Shown piece by piece: positions 46,463 through 57,039 of a stretch of 64,000 nucleotides of DNA. The notes below the pieces were generated by a model that was not told where the DNA came from, made no database searches, and worked only from the letters and a program-made list of their open reading frames with translations. Origin of the DNA: Coprothermobacterota bacterium (GTDB lineage Bacteria; Coprothermobacterota; Coprothermobacteria; Coprothermobacterales; Coprothermobacteraceae); assembly GCA_036679065.1 (NCBI GenBank), contig JAZIGN010000003.1, forward strand, positions 160,001 to 224,000, read 5' to 3'. Position numbers and translations under genes: made by a program. Position 1 is the stretch's first letter. Each line of letters begins with the position of its first letter.

Positions 46463-48348
46463 CTATTTACCAGCATTTCCTTTTTTCAAGGAATTGCTGT
46501 AAAGTGTGTAGATTATGCCTGCCATTAAAATGAGGGCGACAATACTACCAGCTGCTCCCAAACATCCCTCTGCGAACTTGAGTGCTTCAGCCACTCCCGC
46601 AGTGGTCAAGAACGCTGCTATGACACCAACTAAAGCGTCACCAGCCACCAGTCCTGAGGCATAAAGGGTTCCACTTTCAATGTCAGCGGCCTTGTGTTTT
46701 TCCATGAACCCCCGTACCATGCCACCCAAGAAGATGGGGACAGTTAGGTGCACAGGCAGATACAACCCGATTGCAAAAGGCAAGGATGGAATGCCCATCA
46801 GTTCCACGATGATTCCTAAACCGACCCCGGTTATTAATAAAGCCCATGGCAAGTTGCCTTCAAAAATGCCTTTTACCAAAGTAGCAATAACAGATGTGGC
46901 AGGAGCGGGTAGTGCACTACTTCCAATGGTGTAGGCGTTGTTCAGTAGCTGAACCACATAACCTGCTATGCCAGCAAAGATTAGAACTCCTAGAAGTTCT
47001 GTGATCTGCTGACTTATGGGTGTGGCTCCTACTATGTAACCAGTCTTCAAATCCTGAGACATGTCTCCAGCCACAGCAGCAGCAACAGTGACCACAGATC
47101 CTACTATGACTGAAGCTATCATTCCTTCAGCACCTGTTTTACCCAAGGCCTTCATTAGTATGGCACTAAAGAAAATCGTTGCGATGGTCATACCCGAGAC
47201 AGGGTTAGCTGAACTTCCCACAATGCCAACGATTCTGGAAGAGATGGCAACAAAGAGAAAACCAAAAACTGCGATTAACGCTGCTCCTAGTACGCCAACT
47301 GGGATGTAAGGAAGTATGGCCATTAGTACTACGACAGCTATGAAAATAACTATGAGGTACGCGAAAGGTATGTCCCTCTCAGTTCTTTTCATGTCAGAGT
47401 TTTTGCGCTTTGAGTTGATACTTGCAAAAGCACCTATAAAAGCGCCTCTGAGCGCGGGTAGGGCTTTGAAGAATTCAACTAAACCCCCTACTGTTAACGC
47501 TCCGGCACCAATGTACTGGATGTAGTCAGTCCAAACGCCCCAAGCACCTAATTCCCCCACCGGTGTCGCAGATGGGAATATGGCAGTCGCTAAGGGTCCA
47601 CCAAAGAATCCAATGAGAGGAATTATTACAATCCAAGCCAGAAGTCCGCCGCCCAACATGACCGATGAAATTCTTGGCCCTATGAGGTACCCTACTCCAC
47701 CCAGTGACGGCAAAACGTTCATGCCTATGGTTCCAAAAGGTAAGCCCGGGATCGCAGTTTCAATGGCTTCGGGGAATAAGCCAAAAATCGATTGTACCGT
47801 TCTGAATAGAAAACCAATTATGCCGCCTTTAAAAACTGTAGTGGCTGAGACTCCACCTTTGTCTCCAGCAATGAGGATCTCTGCGCAAGCTGTACCTTCA
47901 GGATAGGGAAGAATACCGTGCTGTTCCACAATCAAGTACTTTCTGTAGATGACCATAGCAACTACGCCGATGATTCCTCCGAAAAGGCTTACCAAAGAGA
48001 TCAGCATCAAAGAAGGAGAATGCCCAAGCATGTACAAAGCAGGCAAACTAAAAACGACTCCAGCTGCGACTGCCTCACCGGTGGAAGTGATGGTCTGTAC
48101 AATGTTATTTTCGAGAATGGTTCCGCGTTTGAACAGCCCTCTGAGAACAGCCATGGAAACCACCGCAGCGGGAATGGATGCGCTGACAGTCATGCCAACC
48201 TTGAGGCCAAGTAAGCGTTTGCAGCGCCAAAGATAATGAGAAGGATAATACCAGTGACCACCGATAATACGGTTACTTCTGGCATCCTTGCGTCAGGGCT
48301 GACGTAGGGCTTAAAATCCGCTTTGTGTTCCGTGGGTTCCTTTGTCAT
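46463..48348 (-). pseudogene. OPT-family oligopeptide transporter with a 1-nt frameshift near 48208
   Basis: The conserved GAANAYL-GLKVG-MTVSASIP motif is split across frames (TAC TT GGC CTC AAG GTT GGC ATG); YPEG and QDLKTG motifs are intact. Confidence 0.85.
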
Positions 48349-48714
48349 AGTGGCACCCCCATCCAAAAAATTCCAGTCTGGGAAACACTGGTAATGCTCA
48401 CAATATATCATAAACAAAAATATATTGTCAACATAAAGGAACTGTTCATCAAACATTAAGCGTAGATATGCGGAATACTATGCAGAGTAGAGCTTATACA
48501 GGCTCTTGTATTGTCTGGACATGGAACAAACTGGGCGACTAACTCTGCCTTTGATAAACCAAGATGTCAGTTGCATAGTCAAAAGTGCAAACAGGATTTC
48601 ATACTGCTTATGGACAGCTTATCAGATTGCCCTAAGTACTAATGTTTTGCCGAAAACCAGTAAGAGAGCTCTTTCTCTGGTGTGGTGGCTGTGGCTTTGC
48701 AGCATAGCGTAGGC

Positions 48715-48995
48715 AAGGGAGTTGTTACCCGGGCTTTGACACAATTGGCAAAACCAGCTATCAACCAGATGAGCTCAGAGCACGGAACATCGCAGCACTT
48801 ATGAACCAGGGGTTTGGAAACCGCATCCTTCTTTCACTGGATATCACGCGAAAGTCACACTTGAAGCGATACGGCGGTTATGGTCACGTGTACCTTATTG
48901 AAACGTTCCTGCCAATGCTCTATGATCAGGGTCTGACTTCACAAGATGTTGAGCGCTTGCTCGTTGACAACCCAAGGAGTTTGTTCTTGCATTAG
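48715..48995 (+). pseudogene. C-terminal remnant of a phosphotriesterase-related protein
   Basis: In-frame GFDTIGK..YQPDE.R, ILLSLDITRKSHL..YGGYG and LVDNP; no N-terminal HxH half or plausible start. Confidence 0.75.
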
Positions 48996-49121
48996 CGCGC
49001 AACTTACAACTGCCGTCAACGATTTCTACGTGGTTATTACTCATTGACGCAGGCTTGAACAAAAGAACTGTGTTCAAGCCTGCGTCAGTATTCTTCTACA
49101 TAAGGCCTTTAGAAACTCTCC

Positions 49122-49739
49122 CTATTTCCGTGTCAGTAAGTACCAACGTTTCAAACTATCGTAAGGCACTGCACCAGTGAGCATGCGGGCGTTTGCTACT
49201 AGGGTGGGCGTTGCTTCCACGCCCAGCTCCAAGGCTCGATCCACGTCCCGGTGCAAAGCAAGCTTAACTTCTTCGCTGAAAAGGTCAGCCTTAAACCTAT
49301 CTACGTCCAAGCCAATCTCTCTGGCAATGTCAACTAGTACGTCAAAGTCGGCAACATTTCTGCACAGGGTCAGATGTGCCTCCTGAGCTTTGTCAAAGTA
49401 GGCCCAGTGCATTTCTTGGCCACCTTGCAGCTCGGCCGCTTTGCATGCCAATAGCCCCGGAGTGGAGTAGGGGTAATCGAAGTCTCTCTGCTTCATAATG
49501 TCGGCGTTTATGCGGTGTTCATCGTCGTTCATGTTGGCAGCTTCCCAGTGCTTAAGTATGTCTTTTTTGCCTTTTTCTTTGCTACCAAACATGTGAACAA
49601 TGTCCTCTGGCTGGGGAGCCAGAGGGAAGCTGCGGTGTATCACTTGAATGTCTGGAAACTCCTCAGTTAAGCGCCTTAACCGTGGGGAGAGGGCATAGCA
49701 CCAGGCACAAAGTACATCGTGGAAGAACTCTATTTCCAT
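49122..49739 (-). CDS. DsbA/FrnE-family oxidoreductase
   Basis: DVLCAWCY (CxxC) and 'LGVEATPT'. Confidence 0.88.
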   Translation of the reverse strand: MEIEFFHDVLCAWCYALSPRLRRLTEEFPDIQVIHRSFPLAPQPEDIVHMFGSKEKGKKDILKHWEAANMNDDEHRINADIMKQRDFDYPYSTPGLLACKAAELQGGQEMHWAYFDKAQEAHLTLCRNVADFDVLVDIAREIGLDVDRFKADLFSEEVKLALHRDVDRALELGVEATPTLVANARMLTGAVPYDSLKRWYLLTRK

Positions 49740-49845
49740 TCAGCTTATGCCTCCTTTAAAAGACTTAGTAACGTCATACTTTACCGACTTTTAAGTAAGT
49801 TTATACCAAGCTAACTGCCTGATGCTACTGCCTTCTCACGTCATC

Positions 49846-50673
49846 TTATCTTCTTAGTACCAGGGAGGTGCTGAAATCTTCAACAACTCGTTCAAGTTCT
49901 GGTGTTGGTAGTTGCCCAGGGTTTTTATTGTCAGATGCTTTTTGCAAAGTTTCCATGAGCACATCTCCAATGAGTATGCCGTCAATGTTGTGAGCGTTCT
50001 TGGTAAGCTGCTTTGCAAGTGCGGGGTCTCTCAGCTCAATGCCCAGGCAAACAGGCAAGTCTGTGATTTGCTTGACCTGCTTTGTAAAAGTATTAAGCTG
50101 GTCAACGAACGCTCCTTGGTTTTCTGACGGCGCCATCAGCAAGTAGACAAATCCTCCACCACTTCTCACAATAGCCTTTATCCTTTCCGTTGGCGCAGGA
50201 ACCACTATGGGTATGAGTGGCACGCCTACGGTATCTAGTTTCAATTTCAATGTGCCGTTTTCCTCAAGTGGCAAATCGGGAACCACAACTGCGTCTATGT
50301 CGGCTTCTTTGCACCCCTGCACGAACCTGTCTTCACCATAACCGAATATGGTGGTGTAATAGGCTCTGAGCAGGAGGGGCAGGGTAGTGCTCATCCTGAG
50401 TTCTTTCAGGGCTTGAAAGAACTTCTCCACGGTGAAACCGCTCTCTATGGCGCTTTTGGAAAGCACTTGAACTATGGGGGCGTCTCCTACCGGGTCTAAG
50501 AAAGGGATGCCCACTTGCACCATGTCAGCGCCGCCGTTCTCCAGAGCTTGGACAATATCACTGAGGCTCTGCAAATCCGGGTAACCTGCAGTGATGTAGG
50601 CAATGAGCGCTTTTTTCTCTTCACGTTTCATTTCCTCGAAAGTTCTTTGTAACCTGGTATTTTTGTTTTCCAT
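49846..50673 (-). CDS. trpA: Tryptophan synthase alpha-subunit homolog with degenerate active site
   Basis: IAYITAGYP, GIPF.DP and VPDLP.EE are retained; catalytic Glu and phosphate-binding motifs are altered. Confidence 0.85.
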   Translation of the reverse strand: MENKNTRLQRTFEEMKREEKKALIAYITAGYPDLQSLSDIVQALENGGADMVQVGIPFLDPVGDAPIVQVLSKSAIESGFTVEKFFQALKELRMSTTLPLLLRAYYTTIFGYGEDRFVQGCKEADIDAVVVPDLPLEENGTLKLKLDTVGVPLIPIVVPAPTERIKAIVRSGGGFVYLLMAPSENQGAFVDQLNTFTKQVKQITDLPVCLGIELRDPALAKQLTKNAHNIDGILIGDVLMETLQKASDNKNPGQLPTPELERVVEDFSTSLVLRR

Positions 50674-50698
50674 GGCATGATCCTCCTTTGTTCTCCAC

Positions 50699-51889
50699 CT
50701 AAATTTCCTCAATGCCTTTCATTCTTGCCACTTGCTGAACGTCTTTGTCTCCTCTGCCTGACAGGTTCACCACGATGATTTTGTCTTTGCTAAGCTTTGG
50801 TGCCAGTTTTACAGCATAAGCCAGAGCATGAGAACTTTCCAAGGCGGGGATGATGCCTTCTACACGGGATAGGAGTTCAAAGGCTGTCAATGCTTCTTCG
50901 TCCGTGGCACTTTCGTATTTGGCTCTGCCTATGTCTTTTAGGTAGCTGTGTTCAGGCCCCACGCCTGGGTAATCAAGACCGGCAGCCACGGAGTAAGGTT
51001 CTGTGATTTCACCATCTGGGCTCTGCAAAAGGTATGTCTTCATGCCGTGAATGATACCCACAGTACCTCTGTTGAATGTGGCAGCGTGCAAATCTGTGTC
51101 CAAGCCCTTGCCTGCTGCTTCCACACCGATGAGCTGAACTTGAGTATCTTGCACAAATGGATAGAATATGCCAATGGCATTGCTGCCTCCACCTACACAA
51201 GCAAGGACATAATCTGGGAGGCGCCCCTCTTTCTGAAGTATTTGCTCCCGAGCTTCTTCCCCGATGATTTTTTGGAACTCCCTAACCATGAGCGGGTAAG
51301 GGTGTGGTCCCACCGCTGATCCGATGAGGTAAAATGTGTTGTCAATGTGCTCAACCCAGTCTTTTATTGCCTCGTTCACAGCGTCTTTGAGTGTGGAGCT
51401 CCCCGAAGTCACGCTTCTCACCTTGGCTCCTAAAAGTTCCATGCGAAAAACGTTCAAACGCTGCCTCTGCACGTCTTCCGCTCCCATGAAAATTTCACAT
51501 TCCATACCGAACAGTGCTGCCACTGTGGCCGTAGCAACACCGTGCTGCCCGGCACCGGTCTCTGCGATGATGCGCTTCTTTCCCATGCGTTTTGCCAGTA
51601 GGGCTTGCCCCAGTGTGTTGTTGATTTTGTGCGCACCAGTGTGGTTCAGGTCTTCTCGCTTCAAGTAAATCTTTGCTCCACCCAGCTGTTTTGTCAGGTT
51701 CTCAGCGTAGTAAAGTGGGGTAGGTCGTCCATCGTAGTCATGTAGGTAATAGCGGTATTCTTCTATGAACTGCTGATCATTTCTCGCCTTGTTGAACTCT
51801 TTTTCCAGTTCAATGAGTGCCTGCATAACTGCCTCTGGCACGTATTGGCCTCCAAACTCACCGAATTTTGCCTTTTCATTGGATATCAT
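50699..51889 (-). CDS. trpB: Tryptophan synthase beta subunit (TrpB1)
   Basis: HTGAHKIN (PLP Lys), [26 protein letters not shown] and SGRGDKD. Confidence 0.97.
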   Translation of the reverse strand: MISNEKAKFGEFGGQYVPEAVMQALIELEKEFNKARNDQQFIEEYRYYLHDYDGRPTPLYYAENLTKQLGGAKIYLKREDLNHTGAHKINNTLGQALLAKRMGKKRIIAETGAGQHGVATATVAALFGMECEIFMGAEDVQRQRLNVFRMELLGAKVRSVTSGSSTLKDAVNEAIKDWVEHIDNTFYLIGSAVGPHPYPLMVREFQKIIGEEAREQILQKEGRLPDYVLACVGGGSNAIGIFYPFVQDTQVQLIGVEAAGKGLDTDLHAATFNRGTVGIIHGMKTYLLQSPDGEITEPYSVAAGLDYPGVGPEHSYLKDIGRAKYESATDEEALTAFELLSRVEGIIPALESSHALAYAVKLAPKLSKDKIIVVNLSGRGDKDVQQVARMKGIEEI

Positions 51890-52170
51890 GAGTAAAAGAC
51901 CTCCCTCTTATTAAAAGAATTAAGCCTAATTGGCTATGTGGTGTTCCACCGTGTGCATTTGTCATGTACAGAGACAACTTCATGTTAGTGGAACAGAAAG
52001 TTTTTGAAAAGCCGCTGTTATGGGCCAAAGAACTAGCTCGTATGGGTAGTTTGTTGAAAAGGGCAGCGCTGAAGCATTTACCTATTCTTGAGAATGCGAA
52101 GGTTTCTAAGTACGTTTCAAACTTTTTATGAAAAGAGAAAATGCTTTGCTTTTCTAATGGGAAAAAAGTA

Positions 52171-52314
52171 TTATGCGCTGCGCCAGCGCCAAAGGAGGTG
52201 AGAAGGGGTTTGCCACTTTAGAGTGGCCTCGGAGGAAACAATGAGCCTCTGTGTGTTAAAAACATTTCTCGCTGCTGAACACTTTTCTCCGCTTGCGATT
52301 ACTTCGAACTGCAT
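52171..52314 (-). CDS. Putative trp leader peptide, 47 aa (not in the ORF track)
   Basis: AGGAGGTGA RBS at 52321-52329; MQFEVIASG...LKWQTPSHLLWRWRSA*, with all three Trp codons in the last 14 codons; upstream of trpB. Confidence 0.7.
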   Translation of the reverse strand: MQFEVIASGEKCSAARNVFNTQRLIVSSEATLKWQTPSHLLWRWRSA

Positions 52315-52509
52315 TAAAGGTCACCTCCTAAAGGTTTATTACAGCTACTATAGAACAAAACAGCTTGAAGTATATTAAATGACATTTAAGCATAGGCACA
52401 TTCATCCTGACACGGGTATGGGAAAGCACACAGACCTACTTGGTATGGACAACCCATAAACTTAGGATATGTTCGGAAGGTTTATGCTGTCCTAAGGGAC
52501 ATTAAGGCT

Positions 52510-52705
52510 ACAGACGACTGTTAAAATCGAATTCTCCTTCTCTGATAATTTGCAGTAAGATGTCAGCCACCGTGGCATCGTACTTTTTTCCTTTACCATT
52601 TTGCAGTTTTTCTGTTGGCAAAGACAGTTCTACCGTCCAGCCGGACCAGTATTTATGAGCCGACTACCGCGGAGAATATGTGTTCAGCAGCAGTAACCGG
52701 AGTCG
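52510..52705 (-). pseudogene. Degenerate remnant resembling an HD-GYP domain C-terminus
   Basis: 'EKLQNGKGKKYDATVADILLQII' preceded by 'TAAEHIFSAV*', with a stop and a frameshift. Confidence 0.4.
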
Positions 52706-52833
52706 GATCCATGAGACCATACCTCCTCATATGCATTGCTTCTTTCACACATCCGCATCAAAATAAAGAAGGCGGAGCAAGAATTATTCGGAGAAACATC
52801 CAGACCCCGCCTTCTTGTTTTTTTGTTGCCTTA

Positions 52834-53133
52834 CTACTCTTGTAGTACGCCCAAGGTTTTTAGTGCTTCTTGGATTTTCTCTTTTAATTTTTCTTTGTTG
52901 AAGAAATCATCCACTCCTACTACAATTTTTCCGTAGTTTTTCACTTGGTCTGCGTAGAAGGTTTGCACCACCACAATATCGTAGTTTGACCCAACTAAGC
53001 TTCCAATGTCAGAGTGCTCAACTGTGGCTGGTACGTTAAGTTCCTTTAGCACATCTTCAACGTTCATTTTCAGGATCAAGCTGCTTCCCATACCGACGCC
53101 GCATGCTGCCACTACTTTTAGCTTATCTGCCAT
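52834..53133 (-). CDS. PTS IIB component (Ula/Gat type)
   Basis: ACGVGMGSS phosphorylation loop. Confidence 0.9.
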   Translation of the reverse strand: MADKLKVVAACGVGMGSSLILKMNVEDVLKELNVPATVEHSDIGSLVGSNYDIVVVQTFYADQVKNYGKIVVGVDDFFNKEKLKEKIQEALKTLGVLQE

Positions 53134-53155
53134 TCATTGCACCTCCGCTATTTGT

Positions 53156-54433
53156 TTACATCAGTGACTTTATCAGACTGCTTATGCCAACAATGATCCA
53201 TGTGATTATATACCAGTCGGGATCTGCCAGTACTGCAAGTTCAGGAGCCGTATTGCTAAGCATGGGCCAAGTGATAGCTTGCCCGAAAGCCAAGAACAAA
53301 CCGTTAACAGCACCACCAAGTACAGCTCCTTTCCAGCCACCAGTAGCGTTGCCAAATATGGCAGCACCTGCACCTGGGAAAAACAGCATGATCATGGATG
53401 GCACAATTGTGGCGTAGCCCGTTACACCAAAGATAACCATGAGAATGAGGAACACAATTGTGGAACTTATGAATCCGACGAGTACTGCTGTAGGCGCATA
53501 GGGGAATACTACGGGAACATCCAAAGCAGGTCTTGCACCTGGAATGAGTTTTTGAGAAATACCTCTGAATGCAGGAACGATTTCACCCAAGAAGAGCCTT
53601 ACGCCATAGAGTAGAATGGTTATTCCCGCTGCGAACCGTAAGCCCTGCAGGATTGCCCATACCACAAAGTTTAGGTTACCTGCAAGTTCAACTACAACGG
53701 CTCTATCTGCAAAGAACACCGCTATTAGTAGAATAATGCCGATTATGAATGCAGTTCCAACTGTGATATCGTTCATGAAAGACAAACGCTGTGGTATTTT
53801 GATGTTTTCAGTACTCTCTTCGGGTTTGCCTATGTATCCACCTAATGATGCTGCCAAATAAGCAACACTGGAGGAGGTGTGGCCATATCCGACGTCATCA
53901 GATTTGGTCACCTTTTTCATGTATTTATGAATTATGCGAGGCTGCAAAGTCCAGTAAAGAGCAATCAATATGGCACCAACAACAATGAGCCAACCCTGAT
54001 TCATCGTTGGGAACACTTCTAAGAAACTTGCTGTGATTACTAAGGAAATCCACCACATCAAGTGACCGGTCAAATACACAAAACCCGTGTTAAACAACCT
54101 TACTAGGATTAGATGTATGAGAAAGCCCAAAGCCATTATGGATACTGCTATGCTGCCAAAATTCGCGGTAAAGTTGTCTAAAGTATTGGCCGCAACAGGC
54201 GCTGTTATGCCGAAAGCGGAAGAAACAATGGTCTGGAAAGAAGACAAGCCAGCGGTGAAGAGGTCGGTACCTGCGAGCATGATCAAAATGCCAACGACGG
54301 CCTTTATAGTACCTGATATGACCTCTTCTACAGGTTTTCTTTGGAGAATAAGACCGATCATGGCTACAATGCCGATTAAAATGGCCACCTGGTTAAAAAT
54401 GTTGTTCACCAGAAAATTGATAAACGCCGCCAT
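53156..54433 (-). CDS. PTS ascorbate-family IIC component (UlaA/SgaT-like)
   Basis: YLTGH, GYGH, 'EIVPAFRGISQKLIPGARPALD' and D.D motif. Confidence 0.9.
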   Translation of the reverse strand: MAAFINFLVNNIFNQVAILIGIVAMIGLILQRKPVEEVISGTIKAVVGILIMLAGTDLFTAGLSSFQTIVSSAFGITAPVAANTLDNFTANFGSIAVSIMALGFLIHLILVRLFNTGFVYLTGHLMWWISLVITASFLEVFPTMNQGWLIVVGAILIALYWTLQPRIIHKYMKKVTKSDDVGYGHTSSSVAYLAASLGGYIGKPEESTENIKIPQRLSFMNDITVGTAFIIGIILLIAVFFADRAVVVELAGNLNFVVWAILQGLRFAAGITILLYGVRLFLGEIVPAFRGISQKLIPGARPALDVPVVFPYAPTAVLVGFISSTIVFLILMVIFGVTGYATIVPSMIMLFFPGAGAAIFGNATGGWKGAVLGGAVNGLFLAFGQAITWPMLSNTAPELAVLADPDWYIITWIIVGISSLIKSLM

Positions 54434-54449
54434 AACTTTTCACCCCTTT

Positions 54450-54902
54450 TTATGAGAATTGGAAAACCTTTATCAGCTGGGTTACTTCGCTCACCTCCCT
54501 TGCGTTTCTTATAGTATTTACAGCATCATCACTGCCAAGTAGCTGAGCAAGCTCTGCAAGCATCTGTATGTGAGAGGTGTTATCGGTGGCACAGAATGAA
54601 ACCACAATGTCCACCGGATCGTTCTCTTTGTTACCGAACTCCAGTGGGTTTGCCAAGGTTACCAAACTCAAACCAGGCTTGATAACTCCGGCCTCAGGCC
54701 TTGCATGTGGCATGGCAATGCCAGGTGCTATGACGCTGTAAGGCCCAAGTTGTTTTACTGTTTCTACCATAGCCTCTATATAACTTGGTTTGGCAAAGCC
54801 TGCGTTTACCAACAGCTCTCCGCCCATACGCACTGCTTCTTGCCAGTCCGTAGCCTGAGCTTTAAGACGAATCGCTTTTTCAGTTAGAATGTTTCCCAGC
54901 AT
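54450..54902 (-). CDS. PTS IIA component
   Basis: GPY.VIAPGIAMPHARPE. Confidence 0.9.
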   Translation of the reverse strand: MLGNILTEKAIRLKAQATDWQEAVRMGGELLVNAGFAKPSYIEAMVETVKQLGPYSVIAPGIAMPHARPEAGVIKPGLSLVTLANPLEFGNKENDPVDIVVSFCATDNTSHIQMLAELAQLLGSDDAVNTIRNAREVSEVTQLIKVFQFS

Positions 54903-55027
54903 TGTATACCTCCCAATGAAAGTTTGCCTATTTGAATTTTAGCAGTGAAACTATTAATACACTCATACAAGCAAAGGGGCTTGTGAAAAAGGCAAGCCCC
55001 CTATAGAGTTTTTATTCTGTACATCTA

Positions 55028-55864
55028 CTAACTACTTTGAGAAGACAAAGTACGTTTTGCTCTTATCTCGGAACCATCGGCAAACGTAAGCAAGAATAAT
55101 GCTACGCTTACCAAAATGAAAGCGATAACATTGGCGGCTAAGGCTTTAATGGTGGAATCAAAATACAAGGAAACACTTAACATTGTATAAGGCCTTAAGA
55201 GCTTCAACAGATTTACATCCCACAGTATTCTTACAAGTGGTTTTAAATAGAGTGCCAGTTCTACTCCATAAATTAGTATGCCTGTTGCTAAAGGCACAAT
55301 CACATCATCGCTTCTTGAAGAAATAAGCACTACTGCGGATGCAACGGCAATTAAGCCAAGTATAATCATGGCAAAGCAAAATAGGTAAAACATCCCATTA
55401 CTCATTCTTATATCTAAGTTTGCTGTTTCAAAAGCTTTACTGCCTAGGTCGAGAGGTGTTCTACTTGCCAAAGATACAGCGGCAGTTACCAAAAAACCTG
55501 CTGCTGTAATGAGAATTGTGTAAAATGTGGTGGCTTCTACTTTTGCCTTTTTTCTAAACGTTTTGCCGTAAAAGCAGGTATCCCCGAGCTCTTCCATTCC
55601 ATTTTTCTTGTCACCAGCCAAAATTGGCGCTGCATTGAGAAGAACAGCTATAAAGAGAAATGTAGGCAAGTAAAGATTTATCATGGTAGTAAACAGGTTT
55701 CCATCAAGTACTTGTAGCCACGTTTGTCTAAAGCTTTCCGAAAAATAAACGCCGCAGGTAAAAAGCACGTAAACAGCAAGCACAATCAATGTCCAATGGT
55801 TGTTTAGCAGTATTTTTAGTTCAGCTATCATAAGGTGTTGGTAGGTTCCGCCTTTAGCGCTCAT
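55028..55864 (-). CDS. ABC-2-type membrane protein
   Basis: About 6 hydrophobic segments; coupled to the ABC operon. Confidence 0.65.
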   Translation of the reverse strand: MSAKGGTYQHLMIAELKILLNNHWTLIVLAVYVLFTCGVYFSESFRQTWLQVLDGNLFTTMINLYLPTFLFIAVLLNAAPILAGDKKNGMEELGDTCFYGKTFRKKAKVEATTFYTILITAAGFLVTAAVSLASRTPLDLGSKAFETANLDIRMSNGMFYLFCFAMIILGLIAVASAVVLISSRSDDVIVPLATGILIYGVELALYLKPLVRILWDVNLLKLLRPYTMLSVSLYFDSTIKALAANVIAFILVSVALFLLTFADGSEIRAKRTLSSQSS

Positions 55865-57039
55865 GCAATTATCTCCTTCCTATTGTAGAAAACATAAGTG
55901 AGCAAAATAGCTACAGCGAATATAACTGCTTGAGTAATCAACGTAAATCTTATAGTGGGAATGGCACTGTTCCCAACAATAAATACTTTTCCGTTTCCCA
56001 AAACGTCTGTAAGCGACATGAGAGAAAATGTGCTAACGTCAGCGAATATTGTCCTCATGGAACTAATATATTGACCTTCAACATTTAGTGAATAAAGGGC
56101 ACCAATGGCAAAATAGATGCCTGAAATGAAGAAACTAACTAAATTACTTCTGCACAGGGAAGATATGCACAATATTACCGCCGTCAAGACGATGGCTCCC
56201 AGTAGAGATCCTGCAAGCTGGCAAAAATAGAACTGCAAAGCCCACATGGTATTAGGCATCTTGTAAAAGGATGTAAGGCTGTTTATGGGGGTGTTTTTGA
56301 AGGGAAGGCCGTAAACATGCATATAAAGAAGTGCTGCCAGAGCTTGAAATATGATTACAACTATTGCGGCAAACAAGCAACTTGCCAGTAGCTTGCTCGA
56401 AAATAATTTGCTTCTGCCATTTTTGGTCGTAAGTAATATGCCATGCATTTTACTGGTGTATTCGCCCGTGTAAACACCAGCTGTGCCAAGTATCACCACA
56501 AAGGCTATCAGTAATGGAAGCATAGAGTTGTTTATATCTATCCAGTCATCCCAGCGTGTAAGATTCGGCTCCATCTTAGGCATGTTTGTGTACTGCTGAA
56601 GCAAATACCTGTTGAGCGGTGTATCTGGTTCGTTCTTTAGTTCTTGTATCATTTTATTCAAGGTAACGTTTCGCTCAACTAAGCTTTCAATGCGCAGTGC
56701 TGCTTCTTCTTTTAACTCTTTTGCTACATCATAGCGTTCATATACTTTGCCTTGGTATTGCTCAATAGTTTGAGTTATTTTAGGAGAGATCATCGGCTGA
56801 AGCTCGTCAAAAGTAACGTTAAATTCATTTTTTATAACATACTCTTGTACTTGCGGGTCATAAGCTGCGTCAATTATCTCTTGAAACACCGGCTGCAACG
56901 CTCTTTTGCTGTACACTACAGAGAAATTGTCGGCAAGGTTAAGAATAAGGTACGCGTAGAAAAGTGCAAGCAGCAAAGCTAATATCCATACGTACTTCTT
57001 TGAAACAATTTTCTTGAACTCTGCACCGATAAGGTTCAT
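55861..57039 (-). CDS. ABC-2-type permease with large extracytoplasmic loop
   Basis: 'AEFKKI' and 'GEYTSKM..ILLTTKNGRSKLF.SK'. Confidence 0.75.
   Translation of the reverse strand: MNLIGAEFKKIVSKKYVWILALLLALFYAYLILNLADNFSVVYSKRALQPVFQEIIDAAYDPQVQEYVIKNEFNVTFDELQPMISPKITQTIEQYQGKVYERYDVAKELKEEAALRIESLVERNVTLNKMIQELKNEPDTPLNRYLLQQYTNMPKMEPNLTRWDDWIDINNSMLPLLIAFVVILGTAGVYTGEYTSKMHGILLTTKNGRSKLFSSKLLASCLFAAIVVIIFQALAALLYMHVYGLPFKNTPINSLTSFYKMPNTMWALQFYFCQLAGSLLGAIVLTAVILCISSLCRSNLVSFFISGIYFAIGALYSLNVEGQYISSMRTIFADVSTFSLMSLTDVLGNGKVFIVGNSAIPTIRFTLITQAVIFAVAILLTYVFYNRKEIIA

Noticed and set aside
51935..51960. T-box-like GGTGGAACAC upstream of trpB
   Set aside because: No recognisable stem I/specifier loop or following terminator; the leader peptide explains the region better. 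An Rfam search would settle it.
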